Part shown: positions 8,853-20,437 of the stretch, in pieces
Position numbering within the stretch: position 1 is the first letter of the stretch
Layout of the letters: each line of letters begins with the position of its first letter
Origin: Candidatus Sumerlaeia bacterium
Lineage (GTDB): Bacteria > Sumerlaeota > Sumerlaeia > SLMS01 > JANRJK01
Assembly (NCBI GenBank): GCA_033764015.1
Contig: JANRJK010000036.1
Span: 128,001-192,000 of the forward strand
Reading direction: 5' to 3'
Length of the DNA: 64,000 bases
The notes under the pieces: model-generated
The model's input: the letters and a program-made list of their open reading frames with translations, nothing else
What the model was told of the DNA's origin: nothing
Database searches by the model: none
Made by a program: the position numbers and the translations under genes

Positions 8853-9935
8853 ATGAAGCACTTCGACATCACCGCCCGCTCGCCGGAGCAGGCGCTCGCC
8901 AAGGCGGCGAAGGCCCACGGTCTCGAGGCCGCCGACTTGGAAATCAGCGCGGAATTCGAGCCCGACGAGGTGGACCTCGCGGCGCTCGCGAAGGAGGAAG
9001 CCGCGGAGCCGGCGCTCGATACGGGCGGCGAAGCGGTCCTCTACCGCGTCACAACCGGCCTGAAGCCCTTCATGGCCCGAGCCCGGGAAGTGGGCATCGG
9101 CATCTTCGAGTGCGTCGCCACCAACGTCGAGGTGGAGCCCGTCGCCTACGGCAACGGCATCCTGCTCCGCGTCTCCGTGGGCGACCCCTCGTTCCTTATC
9201 GGCAAGGGTGGCGCGACGCTCGAGGCGTTCCAGCACCTCGTGTGGCGCGTCTGCGCGGGTAAGGACGAGAAGTTCCCCGACGTGATCCTGGACATCGGCG
9301 GCTACCGGGAGCGGCGGTTGGACCGTCTCGGCGACGAGGCGGTCAAGGCGGCGCACCGCGCGTTGCGGCTCCGGCGGCACATCGCGCTGGAGGCGATGAC
9401 CCCGGTGGAACGCAAGTACGTGCACAACCTGCTGAAGGAAGTTCCCGAGATCACCACGCAGTCCGAGGGCAGCGGCCTCGACCGCCATATTGTGATCATG
9501 GTGCCCGACCCGTCGCGGCCCGACATCCTTCCCCCGCGCCGCGGCGACGGCGACCGCGAGTTCTCTCCGCGCGGCGAGGACCGCGGCGGCCGGGGCGGGC
9601 GTGAGCGCGGCGGCGAGCGGCGCGGCGGTGGCGGCGGCGGTGAGCGCCGCGGAGGGGGCGGCTACGGCGAACGCGGCGCCCAGCGCGGGGGCCAGCGCAG
9701 TGGCAGTGGCGGCGGCGGCGGTAGGCGCGTCGGCGAGATGCGCCCCAACGAGCAGTTCGACCCCACGCGCCATATCGACTACGCGGGACTCCCCAAGGTT
9801 TCCCGCGAGGAAGAGGACGCCGCCTACCGCGACCAGAGCATCGAGGGCCGCAAGAGCAGGCTCCCGGAGTGGAAGCCGCCGACGGAAGAGGGGCGCGACG
9901 ACCCGACCCGGAAGATGGTTGACGAGCTCGAGTAG
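8853..9935 (+). CDS. jag: RNA-binding protein Jag/EloR/KhpB (Jag-N, KH, R3H) with RGG-rich tail
   Basis: LIGKGGATLEAFQHL (KH) and MTPVERKYVHNLL...TQSEG (R3H); canonical position after yidC. Confidence 0.92.
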   Translation: MKHFDITARSPEQALAKAAKAHGLEAADLEISAEFEPDEVDLAALAKEEAAEPALDTGGEAVLYRVTTGLKPFMARAREVGIGIFECVATNVEVEPVAYGNGILLRVSVGDPSFLIGKGGATLEAFQHLVWRVCAGKDEKFPDVILDIGGYRERRLDRLGDEAVKAAHRALRLRRHIALEAMTPVERKYVHNLLKEVPEITTQSEGSGLDRHIVIMVPDPSRPDILPPRRGDGDREFSPRGEDRGGRGGRERGGERRGGGGGGERRGGGGYGERGAQRGGQRSGSGGGGGRRVGEMRPNEQFDPTRHIDYAGLPKVSREEEDAAYRDQSIEGRKSRLPEWKPPTEEGRDDPTRKMVDELE

Positions 9936-10037
9936 GCGAGAAAACGCTTTATCCGGGCCCGCTGGCAACCGCCGTGCTCCACTTGACGGCGGAAGCCAGA
10001 CTCCGCGCCCAGCCGGCGCACCAAGGAGAAGACGCCG

Positions 10038-11003
10038 ATGACCCGATACGCCCAGAACATGCTCGACCTGGTGGGCAACACCCCCTTGGTGAAGCTGAAC
10101 CGCGTCGCCAAGGACGTGGATGCGACCATCCTGGTGAAGCTGGAGTTCTTCAACCCGCTCTCCTCGGTGAAGGACCGCATCGGCAAGGCGATGATCGAGG
10201 CGGCGGAGCGGGACGGCAAGATCGTCCCGGGGAAGACGACGATCATCGAGCCGACCTCGGGGAACACGGGGATCGCGCTGGCGTTCGTCTGCGCGTCGAA
10301 GGGCTACCGCTGCCTGCTGGTGATGCCGGAGAGCATGAGTCTGGAGCGGCGCTACCTGCTGCGCATGCTCGGCGCGGAGCTGGTCCTCACGCCGGCGGCG
10401 GACGGGATGCGCGGGGCGGTGGCGCGGGCGACGGAGTTGCAGGCGGCCACCCCGGATTCCTTCATGCCGCAGCAGTTCGAGAACCCCGCGAACCCGGAGG
10501 TCCACCGCCGCACCACGGCGGAGGAGGTCTGGACCGCGACGGAGGGCGCGATCGACATCTTCGTCTCGGGCGTGGGCACCGGCGGCACGATCACGGGCGT
10601 CAGCGAAGTGATCAAGTCGCGCAAGCCTTCGCTCCGCTCGATCGCCGTGGAGCCGGCCACCTCGCCGGTGCTGAGCGGCGGGGCCCCCGGGAAGCACAAG
10701 ATCCAAGGCATCGGCGCCGGCTTCATCCCGAAGATCCTGAACCGCGACGTCATCGACGAGGTGGTGACGGTGACCGACGACGACGCGTTCGCGATGGCGC
10801 GGCAGTTGTCGCTGCTGGAGGGCCTCCCCGCGGGCATCTCGACGGGGGCGAACGTGGCGGCGGCCCTGCGTGCGGCGGCCCGCCCCGAGAACGCCGGCAA
10901 GGTGATCGTGACCATCGGCTGCTCGGCGAACGAGCGCTACCTGTCGACGGCGCTCGCGGAGCAAGCGCGCATGGAAGAGCAGAAGGTACTGCAAGCGAAT
11001 TGA
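10038..11003 (+). CDS. cysK: Cysteine synthase A
   Basis: [19 protein letters not shown] lysine, [35 protein letters not shown]. Confidence 0.97.
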   Translation: MTRYAQNMLDLVGNTPLVKLNRVAKDVDATILVKLEFFNPLSSVKDRIGKAMIEAAERDGKIVPGKTTIIEPTSGNTGIALAFVCASKGYRCLLVMPESMSLERRYLLRMLGAELVLTPAADGMRGAVARATELQAATPDSFMPQQFENPANPEVHRRTTAEEVWTATEGAIDIFVSGVGTGGTITGVSEVIKSRKPSLRSIAVEPATSPVLSGGAPGKHKIQGIGAGFIPKILNRDVIDEVVTVTDDDAFAMARQLSLLEGLPAGISTGANVAAALRAAARPENAGKVIVTIGCSANERYLSTALAEQARMEEQKVLQAN

Positions 11004-11030
11004 CCTGAATCGACTTCGGGGAACCAATTC

Positions 11031-11064
11031 GGGGCCGTGGCGTTCGCGCCACGGCCCCTTCTTC
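11031..11064 (+). terminator. Probable intrinsic terminator after cysK
   Basis: 12-bp stem ggggccgtggcg-TTCG-cgccacggcccc followed by ttcttc. Confidence 0.7.
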
Positions 11065-12627
11065 ATGTCCGGAACCCCGACCGCCGCCCCTCCCCCGTCC
11101 TCCGCGCCACCGGCGCCATCCCGGCTGGAGAGGCTCGCCTTCCCGACCCCCGCCACCACGGATCCGATGCCGACCCGGCTCTTGGCGGCGGTCTGGGGAT
11201 TCGCGGTGCTGCTCGCGGCGCTCTACTTGGCGCAGACCGCGAACATCCACTACGCGGGCGGGATCATGGGCGACCCGGTCACGACCTACGACCCGGTGCT
11301 GAGCCGCAACGCCGCGGGCGACTGGTGGGTGCATCCGCGCACGGGGAACCACTGGTTCACGAACCACGTGACGCTTTGGATGTACCCGGTGTCGCTGCTG
11401 TACATGCTCCACGACCATGCGTCGACGTACTATGCGGTGATCCAAGTCTGCCTCGCGCTGGCGGTGGTGCCGCTCGCGGCGCTGGCGTGGCGGCTGACGG
11501 GACGGGCTGGCGCGGTCGGCGCGGCGTCCGCGCTCTGGGCGTTCAACACGCTCACCGTTTCGCACGTCCTGTCGCTCCACAGCGAGAACATCGTCTTCCC
11601 GTTTTGGTTCCTGCTGATGTGGGGACTGGTCGCCCGGCGCCCCTGGGCGGTCTGGTGCGGGGTGTTGGGAGTGCTTTCGGTGAAGCAGGACCAGGCGGTG
11701 TGGCTGGTGTGCTTCGCCCTGTGGGCGGGGGTGTTCCGCTACTGCCATTGGCGGATGGCGCTGGCGCTGGCGGCGGCGGGATTCGGCGCCTTCGCGCTGT
11801 TCAAGGGCATCATGTTCAGCCTGCCCGCCACCACCGAGAGCGAGGTCGGCTACTACTGGGTGCGCGAGCGCTACGGGGGCATCGCCGAGACGCCGACGGG
11901 GCTGGTGCTGCACTTCGCGGCGCACCCGCTCGATCTGCTCGCGCGGCTGGCGCGTCCGGTTTGGGGGCCGCTGCTCCTCGCCGGAGGACTGGTGTGCCTG
12001 CTCGGGTGGCGGTCGATGCTGCTCACGCTGCCCCCCGCGCTGCTGCTGCTGACCGCGGACCACGAGCCGTTCAACCGGCTGCTCTACTACTACTCCTACC
12101 CCTTCCTGCCACCGTTGATGCTGGCGATGCTGGAGGGGTTGCGCGCCGCCGAACGGCTCATCCCCTCTCGCCAGCGCGCGCTGGCGTGGCTGGGCGCTGG
12201 GGTCGCGGTGCTGGGCGTGGCGCAGCTCGCGCTGCCGTCGCGCCGCGAGGGCTGGCGGCTGGGCGCCTACCCAGTGGCGCCGAAGGTGGACGCCGCGCGC
12301 GAGTTCGTGCACCGCAATGTCCGCTTGGACGATCCCGCCGAGCGCGTGATGTCCCAATGGGTGCTTGTCGCCTTCGTGCCGAGGGGGCGGCTCCGCGTCC
12401 CGATGTCGCCGGGCCACCTACCCGGGACCACGCTCGTGGTCGTTGACCTCAACGGCGCGTTCTGGGACCTCTCCCTGGCCGAATACGAAGCCATGCTGGG
12501 CTACCTCTTCGACGAGGCGAACGGCTGGCGGATCGTCGACCGGGTCGAGGGGCTGACGGCGTTCCGCCGCGCCGACGGGCCGCTCGATGCGGTTCCGCAA
12601 CGATTCGACTCGGGGAAATGGGAATGA
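11065..12627 (+). CDS. DUF2079-like polytopic membrane protein (putative GT-C fold); start may be ATG 11167
   Basis: About 11 TM helices; NHWFTNHVT, LHSEN, SVKQDQ and YYYSYPFLP resemble DUF2079 motifs. Confidence 0.7.
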   Translation: MSGTPTAAPPPSSAPPAPSRLERLAFPTPATTDPMPTRLLAAVWGFAVLLAALYLAQTANIHYAGGIMGDPVTTYDPVLSRNAAGDWWVHPRTGNHWFTNHVTLWMYPVSLLYMLHDHASTYYAVIQVCLALAVVPLAALAWRLTGRAGAVGAASALWAFNTLTVSHVLSLHSENIVFPFWFLLMWGLVARRPWAVWCGVLGVLSVKQDQAVWLVCFALWAGVFRYCHWRMALALAAAGFGAFALFKGIMFSLPATTESEVGYYWVRERYGGIAETPTGLVLHFAAHPLDLLARLARPVWGPLLLAGGLVCLLGWRSMLLTLPPALLLLTADHEPFNRLLYYYSYPFLPPLMLAMLEGLRAAERLIPSRQRALAWLGAGVAVLGVAQLALPSRREGWRLGAYPVAPKVDAAREFVHRNVRLDDPAERVMSQWVLVAFVPRGRLRVPMSPGHLPGTTLVVVDLNGAFWDLSLAEYEAMLGYLFDEANGWRIVDRVEGLTAFRRADGPLDAVPQRFDSGKWE

Positions 12628-12713
12628 TTCCCGCCCATCGCGTGCCACGCAGGCCTCGGGCGGTGCAGCGACGCAACGCCCGCCATCCCGGAGGGGAACC
12701 AAGCTAAAGCGCC

Positions 12714-14183
12714 ATGGTCTTCACAAGCTGGGCTTTCGTGCTGTTCCTGCCGATCGTGCTCCTGCTGAACGCCATCTGGCCGAAGCGCTGGCGGCACCAC
12801 ATGCTGCTGGTGGCGAGCTACGTGTTCTACGGCTGGTGGGACTGGCGGTTCCTGTCGCTGGTGATCTTCACGACGTGGCTGGACTGGTTCGTCGCGCTGC
12901 TGATCCAGGCCTGCCACGACCGGCGGGATCCCGCGCAGGCGAAGCGTTGGATCACCTTCAGCGTGGTGATGAACCTGGCGGTGCTGGGGTTCTTCAAGTA
13001 CGCCGGGTTCTTCGCGGACATGGTCGAGCCGCTGGCGCAGCTCTTCGGGCTGGATCCGGCGGGGTGGGCGGCGCGCATCGTCCTGCCGCTCGGCATCAGC
13101 TTCTACACGTTCCAGAGCATGTCGTACACAATCGACGTGTACCGGCGGGACATGCCGGCGGAGCGGAGCTTCGTGAAGTTCGCGCTCTTCGTGACGTACT
13201 TCCCGCAGCTCGTGGCTGGCCCGATCGAACGGCCGCAGAACCTGATCCCGCAGCTCGACCGACCGGAGAAGGTGAACCTCGATATGGTGCGCGAGGGCCT
13301 GGGGCTGATGGTGCTCGGCTTCTTCAAGAAGATGGTCCTCTCGACGATCGTGCAGCGCGAGGCGGACGTGATCTTCAGCGAGCACGCGCGGCACCAGGCT
13401 GCGATCGCGCTGGGGGAGTCGCCGATCCCGATCGCGGGGCCGCTGCTGATGTGCGCGCTGTACCTCTTCACGGCGCAGATCTACCTGGACTTCAGCGGAT
13501 ACACGGACATCGCGCGGGGCTGCGCGCGGTTCTTCGGGGTGCGGTTGATGAAGAACTTCGAGCAGCCGTACGTCTCGACGAACATGACGGAGTTCTGGCA
13601 GCGCTGGCACATCTCGCTGTCGTCCTGGTTCCGCGACTACCTTTACCGCCCGATCAAGGGCTCCAGGAAGGGCGAGCGGATCATCATCTTCTCCCAGTTG
13701 GCGACGATGACGATCGCCGGCTTTTGGCACGGGGCGACATGGGCGTTCATCGCGTGGGGCTTCTACCACGGCTTGTTCCTGGCGCTGGAGCGTATCTGGA
13801 ACCGGTTCCTGAAGAAGAAGGTGATCGCCCCGGGGACCTCGCCGCGGCTGCTGGGCTTCGTGGGATGGGTGTACGTGATCCACGTGGTGGCGTTCTCGCT
13901 GGCATTCTTCCGCAACCAGCACCTGGATCTGGCCCTGACGCACATTGCGGGGGTGTTCACCTGGTCGGCGTTCCCGCCGGACCGTTGGCCGACGCTTGTG
14001 TACACGGTGCTGGGGCTCGGGACTGCGATCGCGATCCAGCGCGAGCAGCGCCGCTGCAACCGGGACGACTTCTTCATGGCGTGGCCCGAGCTGCCGCAGA
14101 CGATCTGCATCGGCGCGATGGTGGTCATGGTGCTGTACTTCAGCGACCAGGCCGGCGCGCCGTTCATCTACTTCCAATTCTAG
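12714..14183 (+). CDS. MBOAT family O-acyltransferase (AlgI/PatA-like)
   Basis: ASYVFYGWWDW, LPLGISFYTFQ, FPQLVAGPIER, YLDFSGYTDIA, EFWQRWHISLSSWFRDY, GFWHGA, FIYFQF end. Confidence 0.96.
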   Translation: MVFTSWAFVLFLPIVLLLNAIWPKRWRHHMLLVASYVFYGWWDWRFLSLVIFTTWLDWFVALLIQACHDRRDPAQAKRWITFSVVMNLAVLGFFKYAGFFADMVEPLAQLFGLDPAGWAARIVLPLGISFYTFQSMSYTIDVYRRDMPAERSFVKFALFVTYFPQLVAGPIERPQNLIPQLDRPEKVNLDMVREGLGLMVLGFFKKMVLSTIVQREADVIFSEHARHQAAIALGESPIPIAGPLLMCALYLFTAQIYLDFSGYTDIARGCARFFGVRLMKNFEQPYVSTNMTEFWQRWHISLSSWFRDYLYRPIKGSRKGERIIIFSQLATMTIAGFWHGATWAFIAWGFYHGLFLALERIWNRFLKKKVIAPGTSPRLLGFVGWVYVIHVVAFSLAFFRNQHLDLALTHIAGVFTWSAFPPDRWPTLVYTVLGLGTAIAIQREQRRCNRDDFFMAWPELPQTICIGAMVVMVLYFSDQAGAPFIYFQF

Positions 14184-15229
14184 GGGGACTCCGTTGAACA
14201 AGACTCTGCGCGGGCTCCGGCCCTTCCTGTTCGCGCTTCCGGCGGTCCTCGCCGCGGAGGGCTTGGTGCGGCTCGGCGACGCGCTCCGGCTCTTCCCGCG
14301 CCCCACGAAGACCGGCCTCATCTACATGGACGAGAAGCGCGACGCGTTCCTGAACCGCTTCCTTCCGCAGGCGGAGCATCCCGGCGTGCTGATCCTGGGC
14401 AGCTCGACCGCCGACACGAACCTCGACCCCGTCACCGTCGAAGCAGTCCTTGCGGAGCGCGGAGCCGGGAGCTTCTCGATCTTCAACGGCGCGCTCTACG
14501 GCACACGCACCGCGGACAACCTGCACTTCCTCGAATGGTACCGCCGCCACTGGCGGTACGAACGCGTGGTGATCAACATAGAGCCCGGCATCCTGCGCCC
14601 GGGCAGCATGCTCGAGGGCCTGATGCGCGCGAAGCTCGACAAGAACCGAGTCGAGTGGTGGCTCATGGACCACAGCGCGCTGTTCCGCTACCGCGACCAG
14701 GTCAAGTTCCGCCACGAAGGCGAGAACCTGCGCAGCACGTTCCTCGCCGCGTTCGACGCGGAGACCACGTCCCACGGCTGGAACCGCACGCTGGCTGTGA
14801 CCCAGTACATCCAGCGCGACGAACAGGTGCGCGGCATCGCTGCGCCGATGCGCCAGTGGACCACGGACTACAGCAACATCGAGCGCATGGCGGAGTTCTG
14901 CGCGGCGAACGGGATCGACCTGACCTTCGTTTCGCTGCCGTGGCGCCCCGACATGATGGAGCACCTGCCGGGTCCGTGGAGCTTCGACGAGATCACGCGC
15001 CAGACGCGGGAGATCGCGGAGCGCCACGGTGTGCGCTACCTCGACCTCTCGCGCGTCGAGTTCCCCGACGAGATGTTCTTCGACGCCTCGCACCTGAACG
15101 GATACGGGGCCCGGGAGCTGTCGATTCTTTTCGCGGACCGGTATGCGCGGATGCTCCGCGAGGGGGCGGGCGTCCTTGTGGAGCCCGGGGGCGAAGGGCC
15201 GGCGCTTCTCCGCGAGGCTGGGGGCGGGG

Positions 15230-17098
<1,869 letters not shown>

Positions 17099-17177
17099 CG
17101 CGCGCGAATCCCCCCTGTCGGTGGCGATTGCGCCACGGGAAGCGGGGCGGCTCAAGCGCCGCGGTGCGGGAAAAAGC

Positions 17178-17267
17178 TGGCGGAGAGAGGGGGATTCGAA
17201 CCCCCGATACCGTTTCCAGTATACACGCTTTCCAAGCGTGCGCCTTAAACCACTCGGCCATCTCTCC
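17178..17267 (-). tRNA. tRNA-Ser (anticodon GGA)
   Basis: GGAGAGATGGCCGAGTGGTTTAAGGCGCACGCTTGGAAAGCGTG...GGTTCGAATCCCCCTCTCTCCGCCA; long variable arm, encoded CCA. Confidence 0.98.
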
Positions 17268-17283
17268 GCGAGTGGAGCCGGGA

Positions 17284-17312
17284 AGTAGCGCGCCACGCCC
17301 CGCGTGGGTCAA
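17284..17312 (-). promoter_or_regulatory. Putative promoter of tRNA-Ser (TTGACC-N17-GCTACT)
   Basis: -35-like TTGACC placed so that the TSS would lie about 10 nt upstream of the mature tRNA. Confidence 0.55.
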
Positions 17313-17417
17313 TGGGGATCGACGGTTCGGTTCGCGCGTCGCTCAACCGGGGATCCGGTTGAATGGAGGTGCCGGGAGGTGTTAGTACATAATCGGACGC
17401 TAAGGAGGCGTCATCCC

Positions 17418-18761
17418 ATGGGGCCCACACTCGCCGCCGCGCCTTCGCACAGCGGGCGGATTCCCGAGGCGCTGCTGCTTTACTTCGTGGCCCTGGCACT
17501 CCTTGGGACCCTCGGTATCGGTGCGCAGAAGATTATGGGGCTCGGGCCCGGGCTGGTGCTCACCGAACTGATCTGCATCGCCGCTCCCGCGCTGTGGTTC
17601 CTGCGTCGCCGCGGGGTCGCCGCCCGCGGGGCGTTCGCGCTCCCCCGCTTCACGGTGCTGGGTCGCGCGGGTCTCGCAGGGATGCTTGGCGCATTCGGGG
17701 CGGTCGGGGTCGGTGTGCTGTTCCGGGGCCTTCTCGGGGCGCCGCCCGTCGACGCGGAGCCGCCAACGGGGGTGGGGCTGGCGCTCGCGCTGGCGGGGCT
17801 CTGGCTGCTGGCTCCGCTCTGCGAGGAGCTGCTCTTCCGGGCGGCGATCCAACCATCGCTCGGCGCGGCGCTCGGAGCGCGCGAGGCCGCGTGGTGGAGC
17901 GCCGGGCTGTTCGCGCTGTTCCACCTTTCGCTCGATCGGCTGCCGGAGACGATGCTGCTTGGCCTCTTGCTTTCGTTCACCATGGCGCGGTCCGGGAGCT
18001 ACTGGGCGTGCGTACTGCTGCACGCCGTGGCGAATGTTCTCGGGCCACCGCTGTTCGTCGCCTTTTCGCAGGCGCCGGCGGCGGCGTCGGCCGCCGCGCT
18101 GCTGATCGGCGCCCCGCTCGCCTGGATGGCGCTGCCCCGGCCCTCCGCGGGAGCTCTGGCGGACGCCCCGCCGTCGGGCCCGCCGAGGGGATGGAGGCGC
18201 GCACTCGCGACCACAGCGGGCGTGGGCGCGGCGTTGCTTGCGACGCTTTGGGTCTTCACTGGCGGCGAGTCGAAGAGCGGGGGGCGGAAGGGGGGCGCCC
18301 CGGGCAGTGCTCGGCAGGAGTGGACGCTGGTCCCCGGCGGGAACTTCTCCGTCGTCGAGACGATCAACCTTGGCAAGGGCGGGCTGCCGCCAGCGGTGTT
18401 CCAGCAGCTCCACGCCGGCGCGACGCTGCAGTCGGTCACGCTGGATGGAGAGATGCTTCCCTACCGCTCCGGCGTCCACGGGTGGACCATTGAAGCCCCA
18501 CGCGCCGGCGACCGCCTCGAGCTCGGGTGGCTTGTGCCGGTGGTTGCTCTCGATGAGGAGGGGGGGCTTCGTTGGATCGGGCTGGCCAGCACGGCTTCCG
18601 TGAGGAGCCTCGAGGTCCGCATCCGGCTGCCGGAGGGATGCGGCTACCGGAACCCGGAACGTCCTTCGGAGCGCGAGTGGTCGGCGTTCCAGTGGAACGG
18701 CGAGCCGAAGTCGACGGGCTTCGGCCGCTGCGGGCTGTCGCTTGCTCCCGACACGCCGTGA
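17418..18761 (+). CDS. CPBP (CAAX/Abi) family intramembrane metalloprotease with extra C-terminal soluble domain
   Basis: EELLFR, FALFH and LHAVAN motifs in a multi-TM N-terminal part. Confidence 0.85.
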   Translation: MGPTLAAAPSHSGRIPEALLLYFVALALLGTLGIGAQKIMGLGPGLVLTELICIAAPALWFLRRRGVAARGAFALPRFTVLGRAGLAGMLGAFGAVGVGVLFRGLLGAPPVDAEPPTGVGLALALAGLWLLAPLCEELLFRAAIQPSLGAALGAREAAWWSAGLFALFHLSLDRLPETMLLGLLLSFTMARSGSYWACVLLHAVANVLGPPLFVAFSQAPAAASAAALLIGAPLAWMALPRPSAGALADAPPSGPPRGWRRALATTAGVGAALLATLWVFTGGESKSGGRKGGAPGSARQEWTLVPGGNFSVVETINLGKGGLPPAVFQQLHAGATLQSVTLDGEMLPYRSGVHGWTIEAPRAGDRLELGWLVPVVALDEEGGLRWIGLASTASVRSLEVRIRLPEGCGYRNPERPSEREWSAFQWNGEPKSTGFGRCGLSLAPDTP

Positions 18762-18805
18762 AGAAAAAAAGGGATCGCCCGGAGTCTTTGAACTCCGGGC
18801 GACCC
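18762..18805 (-). terminator. Terminator hairpin formed by the SRP RNA 3' arm
   Basis: GGGTCGCCCGGAGTT-CAAAG-ACTCCGGGCGATCCC-TTTTTTT on the minus strand. Confidence 0.75.
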
Positions 18806-18909
18806 GAACACCCGAACCGCGCGACTTATGGCTGCTTCCTTCCGGACCTGACCAGGTTCGCCGCCGTCCGCCGTCCGGGGCCCGGAGATCGAAGACCCCG
18901 AGCGATCCC
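18771..18909 (-). ncRNA. ffs: Signal recognition particle RNA (4.5S-type, elongated)
   Basis: Hallmark helix-8 sequence GAACCTGGTCAGGTCCGGAAGGAAGCAGCCATAAG inside a long hairpin closed by 30-nt complementary arms, followed by T7. Confidence 0.93.
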
Positions 18910-18936
18910 GTTCCGGCAACCCGGCGAAGGGGTGCC

Positions 18937-19191
18937 TTACTTCTTGAGCGCCTCGGGCAGCTTGCCGTCGGCGGCCATCTGGGCGAGGAGCACGCGGCGC
19001 GGAGCGACCTTCGCCACGGTGTTCTTGCGGAGCACTTCGGTCGCAACCCACACACGCTCGCTTGCGCCGTTCTCGCCGACGATGCGGACCTTCTGGAGGT
19101 TCGCGCGGAACTGCCGCTTGGTGCGGTTGTTCGCGTGGCTGACGCTGTTGCCGATGCGGGTATGCTTGCCGGTGAATTTGCACGTTGCCAT
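18937..19191 (-). CDS. rpmB: 50S ribosomal protein L28
   Basis: MATCKFTGK...GNSVSHANNRTKRQFRANLQ. Confidence 0.96.
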   Translation of the reverse strand: MATCKFTGKHTRIGNSVSHANNRTKRQFRANLQKVRIVGENGASERVWVATEVLRKNTVAKVAPRRVLLAQMAADGKLPEALKK

Positions 19192-19333
19192 GGTTGGAAA
19201 TCCGGTTCCTTGGGGTTGCCGCGATGAGGCGGCGCGCCCAAGTGGGGCGCGCCTGTGAAGCCCGCGATGGGAACCGGCCCGCCCCCCGCGCGTCAAAAGG
19301 AATCGGCGCCCTCAAGGTGGAAAACTTGACGGG

Positions 19334-20437
19334 CTACTCGAACCAGCGGCGGTTGGCCAGCAGGCGCGCGTCCCCGGGACGATAACCGATCGCGAGCTCG
19401 AGTTGCCGCCGCCCCTCCTCTTTGTCGCCGAGGTTGTAGAGGGCGATCGACAGCAGGTCGTGCGGCGAGTCGCGGTAGTGCGCCATGTGTGTTTGGTGGA
19501 GGAAGAGCTCGGGCGAGGGCGCGATCGCGAGGGCGGCGCGGCACCAGACCGCGGTTTCGATCCAACGCTTGCGGGCGAAGCAGAACTCGGCGAGTCGCAT
19601 GTACGGCTCCCGCCGGTCGGGCGTGTGCTCGATGGCGAGGAGGAGTTGGCGGTACGCCTCGTCATGGCGTCCGAGCGCGGAGAGGACCTTCGCGTGCAGC
19701 TCCCGCGCCTGCATCCGGTAGATGCTCGAGTCGCCGCTGGTGCGGAAGTAGCGCTCGTAGGTCTCGGCGGCGCGAGCGTTGTCGCCGAGGTAGTGGAACT
19801 CGCGCGCGCAGTAGAAGAGCGAGCGCGGGTCGTCGGGGAAGTCGGCCATTTCGCGCTCCGCAGCGCGGGACCACACCGCCTTGCGCTCGCCGCCCTGGCG
19901 GTTCCTCAGGGGCCGGTGCTCCAGCACGATGTCGCCGTACTTCACCTGGTTCTCGAAGGTGTAGGGGCCCACGAGCAGTTCGTGGAAGTGGTGCTCGAAG
20001 CGGAACATCCGGGGGTCGAAGGCGGCGAACTTCGGTTGGATGTAGTGCGGGCTGCCGTCGGGGTTGTAGGACCACTCGAGGGTAACGCCGAAGAAGCGCT
20101 TGCCGGCGTGGTGGTCCGCTTCGAGGCGTCCGCGCAGAAGGTGCCCGTTCCTGCCGAGCAGTTCGTCCGCGTCGAACATCACGACCAGGTCGGCGCGCGG
20201 GTCGGCGTGCGCGATGGCGGCGTTGCGCGCCTCGGAGAAGCTGTGGGTCCAAGGCACCTCGACGACGCGCGCTCCCATGGAGGCTGCGAGTTCGCGCGTG
20301 CGGTCCGTCGATCCGGTGTCGGCCACGACGATCTCGTCCCAGTACTTGTGGGCGCCGCTGATCGACCGCAGGTGCCGCTCGATCACGAGCTCTTCGTCCT
20401 TGGCGATGATGACATGGGAGACGAAGAACGGATTCAT
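19334..20437 (-). CDS. Glycosyltransferase family 2 with C-terminal TPR repeats
   Basis: IIAKDEE, VADTGSTDRT, FSEARN, FDADE, FHE; TPR-like C-terminus; ATGA overlap with the upstream gene. Confidence 0.9.
   Translation of the reverse strand: MNPFFVSHVIIAKDEELVIERHLRSISGAHKYWDEIVVADTGSTDRTRELAASMGARVVEVPWTHSFSEARNAAIAHADPRADLVVMFDADELLGRNGHLLRGRLEADHHAGKRFFGVTLEWSYNPDGSPHYIQPKFAAFDPRMFRFEHHFHELLVGPYTFENQVKYGDIVLEHRPLRNRQGGERKAVWSRAAEREMADFPDDPRSLFYCAREFHYLGDNARAAETYERYFRTSGDSSIYRMQARELHAKVLSALGRHDEAYRQLLLAIEHTPDRREPYMRLAEFCFARKRWIETAVWCRAALAIAPSPELFLHQTHMAHYRDSPHDLLSIALYNLGDKEEGRRQLELAIGYRPGDARLLANRRWFE

Noticed and set aside
17099..17296. N-terminal extension of MnmG in the ORF track
   Set aside because: It runs through tRNA-Ser; the real start is GTG at 17098 with a purine-rich RBS
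17178..18909. tRNA- or ffs-anchored integrative element
   Set aside because: No integrase and no direct repeat of either RNA 3' end was seen in the window
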